Source: an uncultured Thermoleophilia bacterium (GTDB lineage Bacteria > Actinomycetota > Thermoleophilia > Gaiellales > Gaiellaceae). From it: a stretch of DNA of 64,000 nucleotides. The notes under the pieces were generated by a model. It was not told the origin of the DNA. It did no database searches and saw only the letters and a program-made list of their open reading frames with translations. The position numbers and the translations under genes were made by a program. Shown piece by piece: positions 23,465 through 35,639 of the stretch. Location: assembly GCA_963696755.1 (NCBI GenBank), contig CAVOLH010000003.1, positions 275,319 to 339,318 on the forward strand, written 5' to 3'. Position 1 is the stretch's first letter; every line of letters begins with the position of its first letter.

Positions 23465-24797
23465 CCCGTGAACGTTCGCGCTTGGGCACGATGCGCCTGC
23501 GCGATCTCGGCCTCGTCGGCGTTGACGAGCGCGCCGTCGCGGACGACCTCCTCGCCGCCGACGACCAGGCGATCGACGCGGTGGGGACCGGCGAAGACGA
23601 TGCCCGCAACGCGATCGTCGGCGCCCGCGAGCTCGAGGCCGTCCGTGCGCCACACCGCGAAGTCGGCGCACTTGCCGGGCTCGAGCGAGCCGATGTCGTC
23701 GCGCCGGAGCACGGCAGCGCCGCCGCGGGTGCCGAGCCGGATCGCGTCCCGCGCCGTCATCGCGGTGCCGCCGCCGCGGCCGCGTGCCACGAGCATCGCC
23801 TGCTTCACCTCGAGGAACAGGTCGCCGCGCTCGTTCGACGCCGTGCCGTCGACGCCGAGGCCGACGCGGATGCCGGCGTCGAGCATGTCCCGCACCGGCG
23901 CCACACCCGCACCGAGCCGCAGGTTCGAGGTGGGGCAGTGCGCGACGCCGGTGCCCGTCGACGCGAACTGGGCGATGTCCGCCTCCGAGAGGTGGACGCA
24001 GTGAGCGCACCAGACGTCGTCGGCCAGCCAGCCGAGGCGGTCGAGGTACTCGACCGGGCGGCAGCCGTAGAGCTCGATGCAGTACGCCTCCTCCTCGAGC
24101 GTCTCCGCGAGGTGGGTGTGGAGGGGCAGCCCGAGCCGGCGGGCGAGCGCGGCCGACTCCTCCATCAGCCGGCCGGTGACGGAGAACGGCGAGCACGGCG
24201 CCACCGCGAGCTGCACGCGGGCGCCCGGGCCCGGCTCGTGCAGCAGCGCGGCCAGGCGCTCCGTCTCGGCGAGCACGGCGTCGAGCTCCTCGACGAGCTC
24301 GTCGGGCGGAAGGCCGCCGTCGGACTCGCCGAGGTCCATCGAGCCGCGGGACGCGACGATCCGCACGCCGATCTCGCGCGCCGCCTGCACCTCTGCCTCG
24401 ATCAGCCCTTCGCGGCCCTTGCGGGAAGACGTAGTGGTGATCGAACACGGTCGTGCAGCCCGACAGCGCGAGCTCGGCGAGGCCGGTGCGCGCCGCGGCG
24501 TACTCGGCCTCGGCGTCGATCCGCGACCAGACCGGGTAGAGCTCGCGCAGCCAGGTGAAGAGGTCGGCCTCCTGGGCCCGGGCGCGCGTGAGGGTCTGGT
24601 AGAGGTGGTGATGCGTGTTGACGAGGCCGGGCGTGACGACGGCGCCGTTCAGGTCGACCGTTGCGTCCGCCTCGGGCTCGCGCACCGCGACCGACGGCCG
24701 CGATCGTCGAGCCGTCGACGAGCAGCCAGCCGTCCTCGTGCTCGCTGCCGGCATCGTCCATCGTCACGATGACGGCGTTGCGGTAGAGCGTCGTCAT
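23461..24797 (-). CDS. 8-oxoguanine deaminase-like amidohydrolase (frameshifted)
   Basis: [45 protein letters not shown]. Confidence 0.88.
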
Positions 24798-26213
24798 GCC
24801 GTGCCCGGGTGCGACTCGCGCTCGCCGGCCTCGGTCTGGCGGATGAAGCTCGCCTTCTCCCAGTACTCCGGGATCGTCGCGGCGTCGACGTAGCTCATGC
24901 CGCTGCGGAGGCCGCCGTGCAGCTCCTCGACGATCTCGGCCACGGAGCCGCGGAGCGGGAACTCCATCTCCTCGCCCTCGGCCACGTACTGGTCGAGCGC
25001 GTCGCCGCGGCCCTCGATCGCGAGCCGCGCCGCGGCGGCGGAGCGCGAGGCCATGCCGCGGTAGACCTTGAACAGCCGGCCGTTGCGCCGCACGACGTCG
25101 CCGGGGCTCTCCTCGCGGCCCGCGAACAGGCTGCCGACCATGACGGTGCTCGCGCCCGCACCCATCGCGGTTGCGACGTGACCCGCGCGGCGGATGCCGC
25201 CGTCGGCGATCAGCGGCACGCCTGCCTCGCGGGCGGCCCCGGCGCAGTCGAGCACCGCCGTCAGCTGCGGCACGCCGACGCCTGCGACGAGCCGGGTCGT
25301 GCACGCGAAGCCGGGGCCGATCCCGACCTTGACCGCGTCGGCGCCGGCGGCGGCGAGATCGACGACGCCGTCTCCCGTCGCGATGTTGCCGGCCACGACC
25401 TCGACGTCGGGCCACGCGCCCTTCAGCTCCTGCACCGCCTCGATCGCGGCATCGGCGTGACCGTGCGCGATGTCGAGCACGAGCGCGTCGACCTCTGCGG
25501 CGATCAGCGCCTCGGCGCGGACGAGGTAGTCGCCGCGGATCCCGATCGCGGCGGCGACCCGCAGGCGGCCGAGGCCGTCGCGCGTCGCGCGCGGGTAGCG
25601 GTCGGCGAGCGAGAGATCGCGGAGCGTCACGAGCCCCGTGACCCTGTCGTCGCCGTCGACGAGCGGGAGCTTCTCGACGCGGTTCGCGGTGAGCAGGCGG
25701 CGCGCGTCCTCGAGCTCGATCCCGGGCTCGCCCGTGACGAGCCGCTCGCGCGGCGTCATCAGCTCGTCGACCCGCTGGTCGTTCTCGCCGGCGAGCATGT
25801 CGCGTGCGGTGAGCAGCCCGAGCAGGCGTTGCTCCGGGCCGACGACGACGAACCCGGTCACCTGCAGCCGCCGCGCCTCCGCGCGCGCGTGGCCGACGGT
25901 GCGGTCCGGCTCGATCACGTACGGCTCGCCGACGACGTGCGTCAGGTAGCGCTTGACCTTGCGGACGTCCGCTGCCTCCTCCTCGACCGGAGAGGAACCG
26001 GTGGAGCACGCCGATGCCGCCGAGCTGCGCCATCGCGACCGCCATCGGCGCCGTCGTGACGGTGTCCATGTTCGCCGACACGATCGGCACCTCGAGCTCG
26101 ATCCCCGGCGTGAAGCTGGAGCGGGTCGAGACGTCCTGGCGCGAGCGCACGCGCGAGCGTCGCGGCACGAGCAGGACGTCGTCGTAGGTGAGGCCGGTGC
26201 GGATCTCGGTCAC
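24794..26213 (-). CDS. GuaB-family IMP dehydrogenase/GMP reductase with CBS pair (frameshift ~25990)
   Basis: [41 protein letters not shown]. Confidence 0.9.
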
Positions 26214-27915
26214 GCGTCGACTTCGAGAGGGACGATCTCGAACCGGTCGACGTCGACGAGACCGCGGTCCGTGATCTTCAGCGACGGGATCACGGAGAGC
26301 GCGAGGAAGGCGAGCGTCAGGAACGGGGTCGCGCCCGTCCAGCCGAGCCCGTGGGCGGCCTCGTTCGTGGCGAGGCTCTGCTCGATCACCGTCGGCGAGC
26401 GGCGCGTCCGAGAGGAGCCCGGCGACGGGGAGCGGGCACTCGGCGACGACCCGGCCGTCGTCGACGACGACGATGCCGCCGCCGATCTGCGGCGAGGTGG
26501 CTGACGGCGAACGCGAGGTCGTTGTCGCTCATGCCGACGACGACGAGGTTGTGCGCGTCGTGCGCGACCGACGAGGCGAGCGCGCCGTGCGTCAGGCCCG
26601 AGCCGGAGACGAAGCCGAGCCCGATCCGGCCGGTCGCGAGGTGGCGCTCGACGACGGCGATCTTGGCGAGGCCGGCATCGGCGCTCGCGACCGCGTAGCC
26701 GTCGACGACGACCGGCTCGCGCTCGAGCGACTCCGTCACGACCTGGTCCTCGATCAGGCCGATCGCGCGGATCGTGCGCGCCGTCCGAGCGGATCTCGAA
26801 GTCGGCGGCCGTGACCGGCTTCACCCGCACGGTCTGGCGCACCCACTCCGGCACGGGCGGCGACGCCACGTCCTCGACCGGGCGGCCGTCCTTCAGCACG
26901 AGGTCGGGCGCGAAGCTGACGAGGTCGGGGAGGAGGAGCAGGTCGGCCTGGTATCCCGGCGCGACCGCGCCGAGATGCGTGGAGCCGGTGCCACTGGGCG
27001 GGGTTGAACGACGCCATCACGATCGCGTCCTCCGGCGGGATGCCGAGCGCGACGGCCTCGCGCACCATCCCGTTGATGTGGCCGTTCTCGGCGATGTCCT
27101 CGGGGTCGCGGTCGTCGGTGCAGAACGCGATCCGGCTCGGCCCGTACTCGACCGCGAGCGGCAGCAGCGCCTTCAGGTTGCGCGCCATCGAGGCCTCGCG
27201 GATCAGGAGCCACATCCCGGCCCGCAGCCGCTCGCGACCCTCGTCGGCGGTCAGGCACTCGTGGTCGGAGCGGATGCCCGACGCCGCGTACGCCTGCAGG
27301 CCCTTGCCGGTGAGGCCGGGCGCGTGGCCGTCGACGTGCTCGGCGCCTGCGAGGGCGAGCTTCTCGAGCTCGGACGGCAGCGCCGGCGACGACGCCGGGG
27401 AAGTTCATCATCTCGGCCAGGCCGAGCACGCGGTTGCGCCGCATCAGCGACTCGAGGTCGCCGGGCGCGAGCGGCGCGGCGGGGCGACTCGAACGGCGAC
27501 GCCGGCACGCACGACGGCGCCATGAAGAACACGTCGAGCTGGAGGTCGGCGGAGGCGTCGAGCAGCCAGTGGACGCCGTCGGTGCCGAGCACGTTCGCGA
27601 TCTCGTGCGGGTCGGCGACGACGGCCGTCGTCCCGAGCGGCAGCACGAGCCGGGCGAACTCGTCGACGAGCAGCTTCACCGACTCGAGGTGCATGTGCGC
27701 GTCGATGAACCCCGGCACGACGTAGCGGCCCGTCGGCGTCGATCACCTCGGCGCCGTCGTACTCGCCGATCCCGGCGATCACGCCGTCGACGATCGCGAC
27801 GTCGCGCGTCGAGCCACTCGCGCGTGAACACGCAGAGCACGCGGCCGCCACGGACGACGGTGTCGGCGGGCTCGTCCCCGCGAGCGACCGCAAGTCTCCG
27901 TTCGAGTCGCGCCAT
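26210..27915 (-). CDS. ade: Adenine deaminase (frameshifted)
   Basis: [55 protein letters not shown]. Confidence 0.92.
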
Positions 27916-27942
27916 CGGGCTGACGATAACCTCTTTCCGGCA

Positions 27943-29305
27943 ATGGGCACCTTCGACGTTCTCGTCCGCGGAGCCCGGGTGGTCGGGCCGGACAGTGTTA
28001 CACGGGCCGATATCGGGATTCTCGACGGCCTGATCGCCGAGGTCGGCGCGGAGCTCGCGGGCGATGCCACGACGGAGATCGACGCGACCGGCCTCCACGT
28101 CTTCCCCGGCGTCGTCGATCCGCACGTCCACTTCAACGACCCGGGCCGCGCCGAGTGGGAGGGCTTCGCGACCGGCACCGCGGCCTTCGCCGCCGGTGGC
28201 GGCACGTGCTTCTTCGACATGCCGCTGAACGCATCGCCGCCGACGGTCGACGGCGCCTCGTTCGACCTCAAGGTCGAAGCCGCGCCGCGGAACGGCCCTC
28301 GTCGACTTCGGCCTCTGGGGCGGGCTCGTCCCCGGCGATCTCGACCGGCTCGACGAGCTCGCCGACCGCGGCGTGATCGGCTTCAAGGCGTTCATGTGCA
28401 ACACGGGCATCGACGACTTCGCGCAGGCCGACGACGAGACGCTCTTCGCGGGCATGCAGCGCGCGGCGCGGCTCGGGCTGCCCGTCGCCGTCCACGCCGA
28501 GAACGACGCCGTCACGCAGGAGCTCGCGGCGCGCGGCGCCGCGCGGAGGGGCGCCACGCCATGTCCGACTACCTCGCGCTCGCGCCCCGTGGCGGCCGAG
28601 CTCGAGGCCGTCGGCCGCGCGATCGCGATCGCCGAGGAGACGGGCTGCTCGCTGCACATCGTCCACGCGAGCACGGCCGCCGCGGTGCTGCTCGTCGCCG
28701 AGGCGCGCGCCCGTGGCGTCGACGTGACCTGCGAGACGTGCCCGCACTACCTCCTGCTCACCGACGAGGACGCGGAGCGGATCGGCGCGCTCGCCAAGTG
28801 CTCGCCGCCGCTGCGGCCGCGGGCCGAGGTCGAGGCGCTCTGGGCGGAGCTGCTCGCGGGCACGGTCCCGTTCGTCACCTCCGACCACTCCCCGGCGCCG
28901 GCCGAGCATGAAGACGGGCGACGACGCGTTCGCGCTGCGTGGGGCGGCATCTCCGGCTGCCAGACGCTGCCGGAGCTCGCTGCTCGCCGTCGCCGAGCAG
29001 CCGCGGCCTGACGCTCGAGGCCGTCGCGTCGCTGACGAGCACGGCCGCAGCCGAGCGCTTCGGGCTCGCCGGCAAGGGCCGGCTCGAGCCCGGCTTCGAC
29101 GCCGACCTCGCGATCGTCGACCTGCGGCCACGAGAGCGACGCTGGCGGCCGACGATCTGCTCTACCGCCACCGGCACAGCGCGTTCGTCGGCGCCCCGCT
29201 GCGGGGCCGCGTCGTCCAGACGCTCCTGCGAGGGCAGGCGGTGATCCAGCGATGGCGCTGTCGTGCCCGGGCCGCGCCGCGGACGGCTCGTCAGGCGCGC
29301 GCTGA
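27943..29305 (+). CDS. allB: Allantoinase (frameshifted; end approximate)
   Basis: DPHVHFNDPGRAEWEG, DMPLNASPP, HAEN, ETCPHYL, KCSPPLR, SDHSP, WGGISG. Confidence 0.88.
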
Positions 29306-29421
29306 CAACTGTCGAAACCGATGTCGGTTGCACCGGGGCGCCCGGCACGAAAGAATCGAACGCGGAGGTCGCGATGGGGCGCGCCGGGCGATCGGCCCGC
29401 CCCCAAATGAGGAGGAGTGGT

Positions 29422-30529
29422 ATGAGGAGAAAGACTGTAGGGGGTCTTGTCGCTTTGGCGACGCTGGGATTGGCCGCGCTCGCGGTCGTGGCAACGGGAT
29501 CGGCAGCGCACAAGGCGCAGGCGGCTCCGCTCAAGGCAGCCTGGATCTACGTCGGGCCGCACAACGACGGTGGCTGGTCGCAGGCGCACGACGCCGGCCG
29601 GCTGTACGTGCAGAAGCAGCTCGGCTCCAAGGTCAGACGACCTACAAGGAGAACGTGCCGGAGGGCCCGCAGGTCGCGCAGGTGATCGACAGCCTCGTGC
29701 GTGACGGCAACAAGATCATCTTCGCCACGTCGTTCGGCTTCGGCGACGCGATGTTCGCGGCGGCGAAGAAGTACCCGGACGTGAAGTTCGAGCAGGCGAC
29801 CGGCTACAAGAGCGCCGAAGAACCTCGCCGACGTACTACGGCGCCGGCGAGGACGCGATCTACCTGTCCGGGCATGGCGGCCGGCGCGGCCACCAAGACG
29901 GGCGTGATCGGCTACGTCGTCCCGTTCCCGATCCCCGAGGTGATCCGGCACACGAACGCGTTCGCGCTCGGCGCCCAGGCGACGCACCCGGGCGCCAAGG
30001 TCAAGATCGTGTGGACGAAGTCGTGGTTCGACCCGGCCAAGGAGAAGAAGGCGGCCGAGAGCCTCGCGGCTGCCGGCGCCGACGTGATCGGCCAGAACGT
30101 CGACAGCCCCGCCGCCGGCCAGTTCGCGCAGTCCAAGGGCCTGCCGTGGGTCGGCTACGACTCGCGACGCGAAGAAGTTCGCGCCGACGTCGTGGCTCAC
30201 CGCCGCGGTCTACAACTGGGGCCCGTACTACCTCAAGCAGGTCAAGGCGGCCATGAACGGCACCTGGAAGACGGGGAGCTACTACGGCAGCATGAAGGAC
30301 GGCTTCACCGGCATCGCCCCGTTCGGGCCGAAGGTCTCGGCCAAGACGAAGGCCGCGATCGCCGCGAAGAAGAAGGCGATCATCGCCGGGACGTTCTACG
30401 AGTTCCAGGGCCCGATCTACGACCAGGCCGGCAAGCTCAGGGTCCCGAAGGGCAAGAAGATGACCCTGGGTCGAGATCCTCTCGATCGACTGGCTCGTCA
30501 AGGGCATCGACGGCAGCCCGAAGGGCTGA
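29422..30529 (+). CDS. BMP-family purine/nucleoside ABC substrate-binding protein (frameshifted)
   Basis: IYVGPHNDGGWSQAH, ATSFGF, PIPEVIR, SWFDPAKE, YNWGPYY; GAGGAG RBS. Confidence 0.9.
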
Positions 30530-30543
30530 TCGTCAGCGTGGTG

Positions 30544-30570
30544 GTGGGTGCCGGCGCGACCGGCACCCAC
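30544..30570 (+). other. Intercistronic stem-loop after the binding-protein gene
   Basis: GTGGGTGCCGG-CGCGA-CCGGCACCCAC, extendable, no U-tract. Confidence 0.65.
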
Positions 30571-30593
30571 CCACCGTGCTCCAGGCCGCAGCC

Positions 30594-32192
30594 ATGAGCT
30601 CGACCGAGCCGTCCATCCCGCACGCCGCTCCCGCGCTGGGGGAGCCGGCCGTGACGATGCGCGGCATCACGAAGCGCTTCCCGGGCGTGCTCGCGAACGA
30701 CCAGCGTCGACTTCGAGGCGCTCGTCGGCGAGGTGCACGCCCTGCTCGGCGAGAACGGCGCCGGCAAGAGCACGCTCTCGAACATCCTCACCGGCCTCTA
30801 CCGCGCCGACGAGGGCGAGCTCGAGCTCTACGGCGAGCCGGTCGACTTCCAGTCGCCGCGCGACGCGCTCGACGCCGGGATCGGGATGGTGCACCAGCAC
30901 TTCCGGCTCGTGGAGCCGTTCACCGTCGCCGAGAACGTCGTCCTCGGCGATCACCGCGACCTCGGGCGCTCGTTCCGGCTCCACTCGCGCGCGATCGAGC
31001 AGCGCGTGGCCGAGCTCGGCGAGCGCTACGGCATCGCCGTCGACCCGCGCGCGCGGATCTGGCAGCTCTCGGTCGGCGAGCAGCAGCGCGTCGAGATCCT
31101 CAAGGCGCTCTACCGCGAGGCGCGCATCCTGATCCTCGACGAGCCGACCGCGGTGCTGACGCCGCAGGAGGCGGAGGCGCTGTTCGTCGACCCTGCGCTC
31201 GATGGCCGCCGAGGGCCGCACGGTCATCTTCATCTCCCACAAGCTGCACGAGGTGACGGCCGTCGCCGACCGCGTCACCGTGCTGCGCGGCGGCCGCTCG
31301 ATCGGCACCGTCGACACCGCCGGCGCCACGCTCGCAGTCGCTGGCCGCGCTGATGGTCGGCCGCGACGTCGACGTCGACGCGACGGCCCGAGGCGGAGAG
31401 CACGATCGGCGACGTGATCCTCGAGGTCGACGGGCTCTCGGCGGCAGGCGACCGCGGCGAGGAGGCCCTGCGCGCGCGTCTCGCTCGTCGGTGCGCGCCG
31501 GCGAGATCGCTCGGCGATCGCCGGCGTCGCCGGCAACGGCCAGCGCGAGCTCGCCGAGGCGGTCACCGGCATGCGGCCGCTCGACGGCGGGCACCGTGCG
31601 CGTCGGCGGCGACGCTCTCCGCACGGGCGACCCGCGCGCCGCGATCACGGCCGGCATCGCCCACGTGCCCGAGGACCGGCTCCACACGGGCGTCGCGCCC
31701 AGCCTCAGCATCGCGTCGAACATCGCGCTGAAGTCGTACCGCGACCGACGCCGGCCGGGCCGTTCCTCCGGCTCGGGCGCATTCGCGACCGCGCCGTCGA
31801 GCTGATCCAGCGCTACGACGTGAAGGCACCGGGGCCGCTGACGCCGGCCCGCCAGCTCTCGGGCGGCAACCTGCAGAAGGTCGTGCTCGCGCGCGAGTTC
31901 TCGAGCGAGCCGCGCGTGCTCGTGGCCGCGGCGCCGACGCGCGGCCTCGACGTCGGCGCGATCGAGACCGTCCACGGCTACCTCCGCGAGGCCGCGGCGC
32001 GGCGGCGTCGCGGTGCTGCTGATCAGCGAGGACCTCGACGAGGTGCTGACCCTCGCCGACCGCATCGCCGTGATGTACGAGGGGCGCGATCGTCGGCGAG
32101 GTCGACGCGCGCACCGCAACGTCGAGGAGCTCGGGCTGCTGATGGCCGGCGTCCGCGACACGCCGCCCGAGGCCGCAGGGAGCGACGCGTGA
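30594..32192 (+). CDS. ABC transporter ATP-binding protein, duplicated NBD (frameshifted)
   Basis: GENGAGKST, LSVGEQQRVE, ILDEPT, LSGGNLQK, PTRGLD. Confidence 0.92.
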
Positions 32193-33319
32193 ACCTCGGC
32201 GGTCTCCGCATCGAGCAGCGGCTCGAGCAGCGCGCGCTGGCTGATGGTCGCCGTGCCGCTCGGCTCGCTCGTCGTCGCGCTCATCGCGATCGCGCTCCTG
32301 CTGCTGGCGACCGGGCATCCGCCGATCACGACGCTGCGGCGCCTCTTCGACGCCGCCTACCTGGCGAACGGCGCGCTCACGAACACGCTGATCGCGGCGA
32401 CGCCGCTCGCCTTCACCGGCCTCGCCGCCGCGGTCGCGTTCCGGATGCGGCTGTTCAACATCGGCGCCGAGGGCCAGCTGTACTTCGGCGCGATCGGCGC
32501 CGCCGGGGTGGGCCTCGCTGCTCGCCGGGCAGTCGACGACGGTGCTGATCGTCGGCATGGTCGCCGGTGGCGCCGTGCTCGGCGCCGCCTGGGGCGCGAT
32601 CCCGGGCCTCCTGCGGGCGTTCCTGCGCACCAACGAGATCATCACCTCGCTGATGCTCAACTACGTCGCCGCGCTCGTCCTCAACTACCTGATCTTCGAC
32701 AGCCTCTCGTACTGGCGCGACACGTCGCCGCAGGCGCTCGTCTTCCCGCAGGGCAAGGTGCTCGTCGACGCGGCGACCTGGCCGGTGACGACGATCGGCT
32801 CGGTCGCGATCCCGCTCGGCTTCGTCCTCGCGGCGGCGGTCGCGGTCGGGCTCTGGGTGCTGAACTCCGCGCACGCGCTTCGGCTTCGAGGCGCAGGTGA
32901 TCGGCGACTCGCCGCGGGCGGCGCGCTACGCCGGCATGCGGACGCGCCGCAAGATCGTCGCCGTGATGGCGCTCTCGGGCGCGATCGCCGGCATCGGCGG
33001 CGCGAGCCAGATCGGCGACTTCCGCCACACGCTCGATGCCCGCGGCCTCCAGCAGTCGAACTACGGCTACACGGGCATCGTCGTCGCGGCGCTCGCGCGC
33101 TACAACCCGTTCGCGGTGGTGCTGGTGGCGTTCCTGCTCGGCGGCCTCGAGAACGCCGGCTACGCGCTGCAGGGCGCCGACTTCCCGTCCGGCCTCGTCG
33201 GCGTGATGCAGGGGCTGATCCTGTTCGCGATGCTCGGCGGCGAGCTGCTCGTGCGGTACCGGGTCACGTTCGCGCGCTCGGGGCACCACGCGCAGGCGCC
33301 GGCGGGCTCGGCGCCGTGA
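32189..33319 (+). CDS. Nucleoside ABC permease 1 (frameshifted)
   Basis: FNIGAEGQ, NEIITSLMLNY, GYTGIVVAALA. Confidence 0.9.
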
Positions 33320-34277
33320 ACAACAGCATCGTCGTCGTCGTGCTCGCGTCGGCCGTCGCCTACGGCACGCCGCTGCTCTACGCCGCGCTCGGCGAGCTGC
33401 TCGCCGAGCGCTCGGGCGTGCTCAACCTCGGCGTCGAGGGGATGATGCTCGTCGGCGCCGTGATGGGATTCCTCGCCGTGCAGCGCGTCGGCGGCCCGGC
33501 GGGCGTCGTGCTCCCCGTCGCGATCGCCGTCGCCGCGCTCGCGGGCGGCGTGGCGGCGCTGATCCTCGCGTTCCTCGTGATCACGCTGCGCGCGAACCAG
33601 ATCGTCTCGGGCCTCGCGCTGACGATCTTCTGCGGTGCGGCCGGGCTGTCGTCGTACCTCGGCAACGACTTCAACCTCGCCGACAATCCGGCCCGGCACT
33701 CGTTCGAGGCGGTCAACGCCTTCGGCCTCGACGACCTGCCCATCGTCGGCCCGGTCGCTGTTCGCGCCAGACGTGGCTCGTCTACGCCTCGTGGGTCTGC
33801 GTCGTCGTCGTCGGCTACTACCTCTCGCGCACGCGCCCCGGCCTCAACGTCCGCGCCGTCGGCGAGTCGCCGGCCGCGGCGGACGCGATGGGGATCAGCG
33901 TCACCAGGTACCGCTACCTCCACACGATCGCCGGCGGCGCGTTCGCCGGCGTCGGCGGCGCGTGCTTCAGCCTCGCGCTGACGCCCGCCTGGGTCGACGG
34001 GCTCACCGGCGGCGCGGGCTGGATCGCGATCGCGCTCGTCATCTTCGCGTTCTGGCGCGCCGATCTCTGCCTCGTCGGCGCCTACGTCTTCGGCGCCTTC
34101 TCGGCGCTGCCGTTCACCCTCCAGGCGCGCGGGGTGACGATCGCACCGCAGTTCTTCCAGGCGCTGCCGTACGTGATGACGATCGTCGTGCTCGTGATCG
34201 TCTCCTCCGGCCTCGGCCGGCGCCGGCTCGGCGCGCCCGCCAGCCTCGGCGTCCCGTACGTGCGCGAGGAGCGCTAG
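33316..34277 (+). CDS. Nucleoside ABC permease 2 (frameshift ~33760)
   Basis: ERSGVLNLGVEGMM, GWIAIALV, ALPY, GAPASLGVPY. Confidence 0.9.
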
Positions 34278-34288
34278 CGAACCCCGAA

Positions 34289-34311
34289 CCTTGTGACACT
34301 TTGTCACAAGG
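34289..34311. promoter_or_regulatory. Perfect inverted repeat, candidate operator for the xanthine dehydrogenase genes
   Basis: CCTTGTGACA-CTT-TGTCACAAGG. Confidence 0.7.
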
Positions 34312-34394
34312 CGATGGGCGTTCGCGAGGCCCGGACCGCTCGACTTCGGCGGCGGGTGCCTGCGCGGAGTACCGTTCCGCCGAGAGAAACGCCG

Positions 34395-35187
34395 ATGGAC
34401 GTCCTGACTCCCCATAGCCTCGACGAGGCGCTGAGCCTCAAGGCGGAGCTGCCCGACGCGCGCTTCGTCCAGGGCGGCACCGACGTGCTCGTCGAGCTCA
34501 ACTTCGACCGCTCGCGGCCACCGGCGCTGATCAACCTCAACGAGGTTGCCGAGCTGCGCGGGTTCTCCCGCGAGAACGGCACGCTCGTCCTCGGCTCCGG
34601 GCTCACCTACGCCGAGGCGATGAGCGGCGAGGTGGCCGCCGAGCTGCCGGCGCTGGCCGAGGCGTCGCGCACGGTCGGGTCGCCGCAGATCCGCAATCGC
34701 GGCACGCTCGGCGGCAACCTCGGCACGGCGTCGCCGGCCGGCGACGCGCTGCCGCCGCTCCTCGTCGAGGACGCCGTTCTGGACATCGCGAGCGTGCGCG
34801 GCGAGCGGCAGCTGCCCCTGGCCGAGTTCCTGCTCGGCGTGAAGAAGAACGCGCTCGCTCCGGACGAGCTCGTCGTCAGCGTCCGGGTCGAGCCGAGCCG
34901 GGGTCGCGCAGACGTTCATGAAGGTCGGGCCGCGGAACGCGATGGTCATCTCCGTCTGCTCGCTCGCCCTCCAGGTCGACCGCGAGCGGGGCGAGATCCG
35001 GGCCGCGTTCGGATCGGCCTCGCCGACCGTGCGGCTCGTCACCGCGCCGCTCGACGATGCCGACGGCTTCCCCGACCTCGTCGCCGAGAGCGCGAGCCCG
35101 ATCGACGACGTCCGCGGCACCGCTGCCTACCGCCGTCATGCCCTCCGCGTCCTCACCCGCCGCGCGCTCGACCGGTGCCTCGCATGA
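34395..35187 (+). CDS. Xanthine dehydrogenase FAD subunit (frameshift ~34900)
   Basis: GGTDV, GSPQIRNRGTLGGN, SPAGD, PIDDVRGTAAYRR. Confidence 0.9.
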
Positions 35188-35639
35188 AGATCACGCTGAC
35201 CGTCAACGGCGAGCAGCGCGAGGCCGACGTCTGGGGCGGCGAGAGCCTCCTCTTCACGCTCCGCGAGCAGCTCGAGCTGCCCGGCTCGAAGAACGCCTGC
35301 GAGCAGGGCGAGTGCGGATCGTGCTCGGTGCTGCTCGACGGCACGCTCGTCTGCTCGTGCCTCGTCCTCGCCGCGCAGGCCGACGGGCACGACGTCGTCA
35401 CGGTCGAGGGTGTGGCGGAGGACGGTGCGCTGCACCGCGTCCAGGAGGCGTTCCTCGCCGCCGGCGCCGTGCAGTGCGGGTTCTGCACGCCGGGCCTGAT
35501 CGTCGCCACCGTCGACCTGCTCGACCACACGCCGAGCCCGACGGACGACCAGATCCGCGAGGCGCTCTCCGGCAACCTCTGCCGCTGCACCGGCTACCAG
35601 AAGATCTTCGACGCGGTTCGGGCCGCCGCGCAGGCATGA
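35184..35639 (+). CDS. Xanthine dehydrogenase 2Fe-2S subunit
   Basis: CEQGECGSC, QCGFC, NLCRCTGY. Confidence 0.93.
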   Translation: MKITLTVNGEQREADVWGGESLLFTLREQLELPGSKNACEQGECGSCSVLLDGTLVCSCLVLAAQADGHDVVTVEGVAEDGALHRVQEAFLAAGAVQCGFCTPGLIVATVDLLDHTPSPTDDQIREALSGNLCRCTGYQKIFDAVRAAAQA

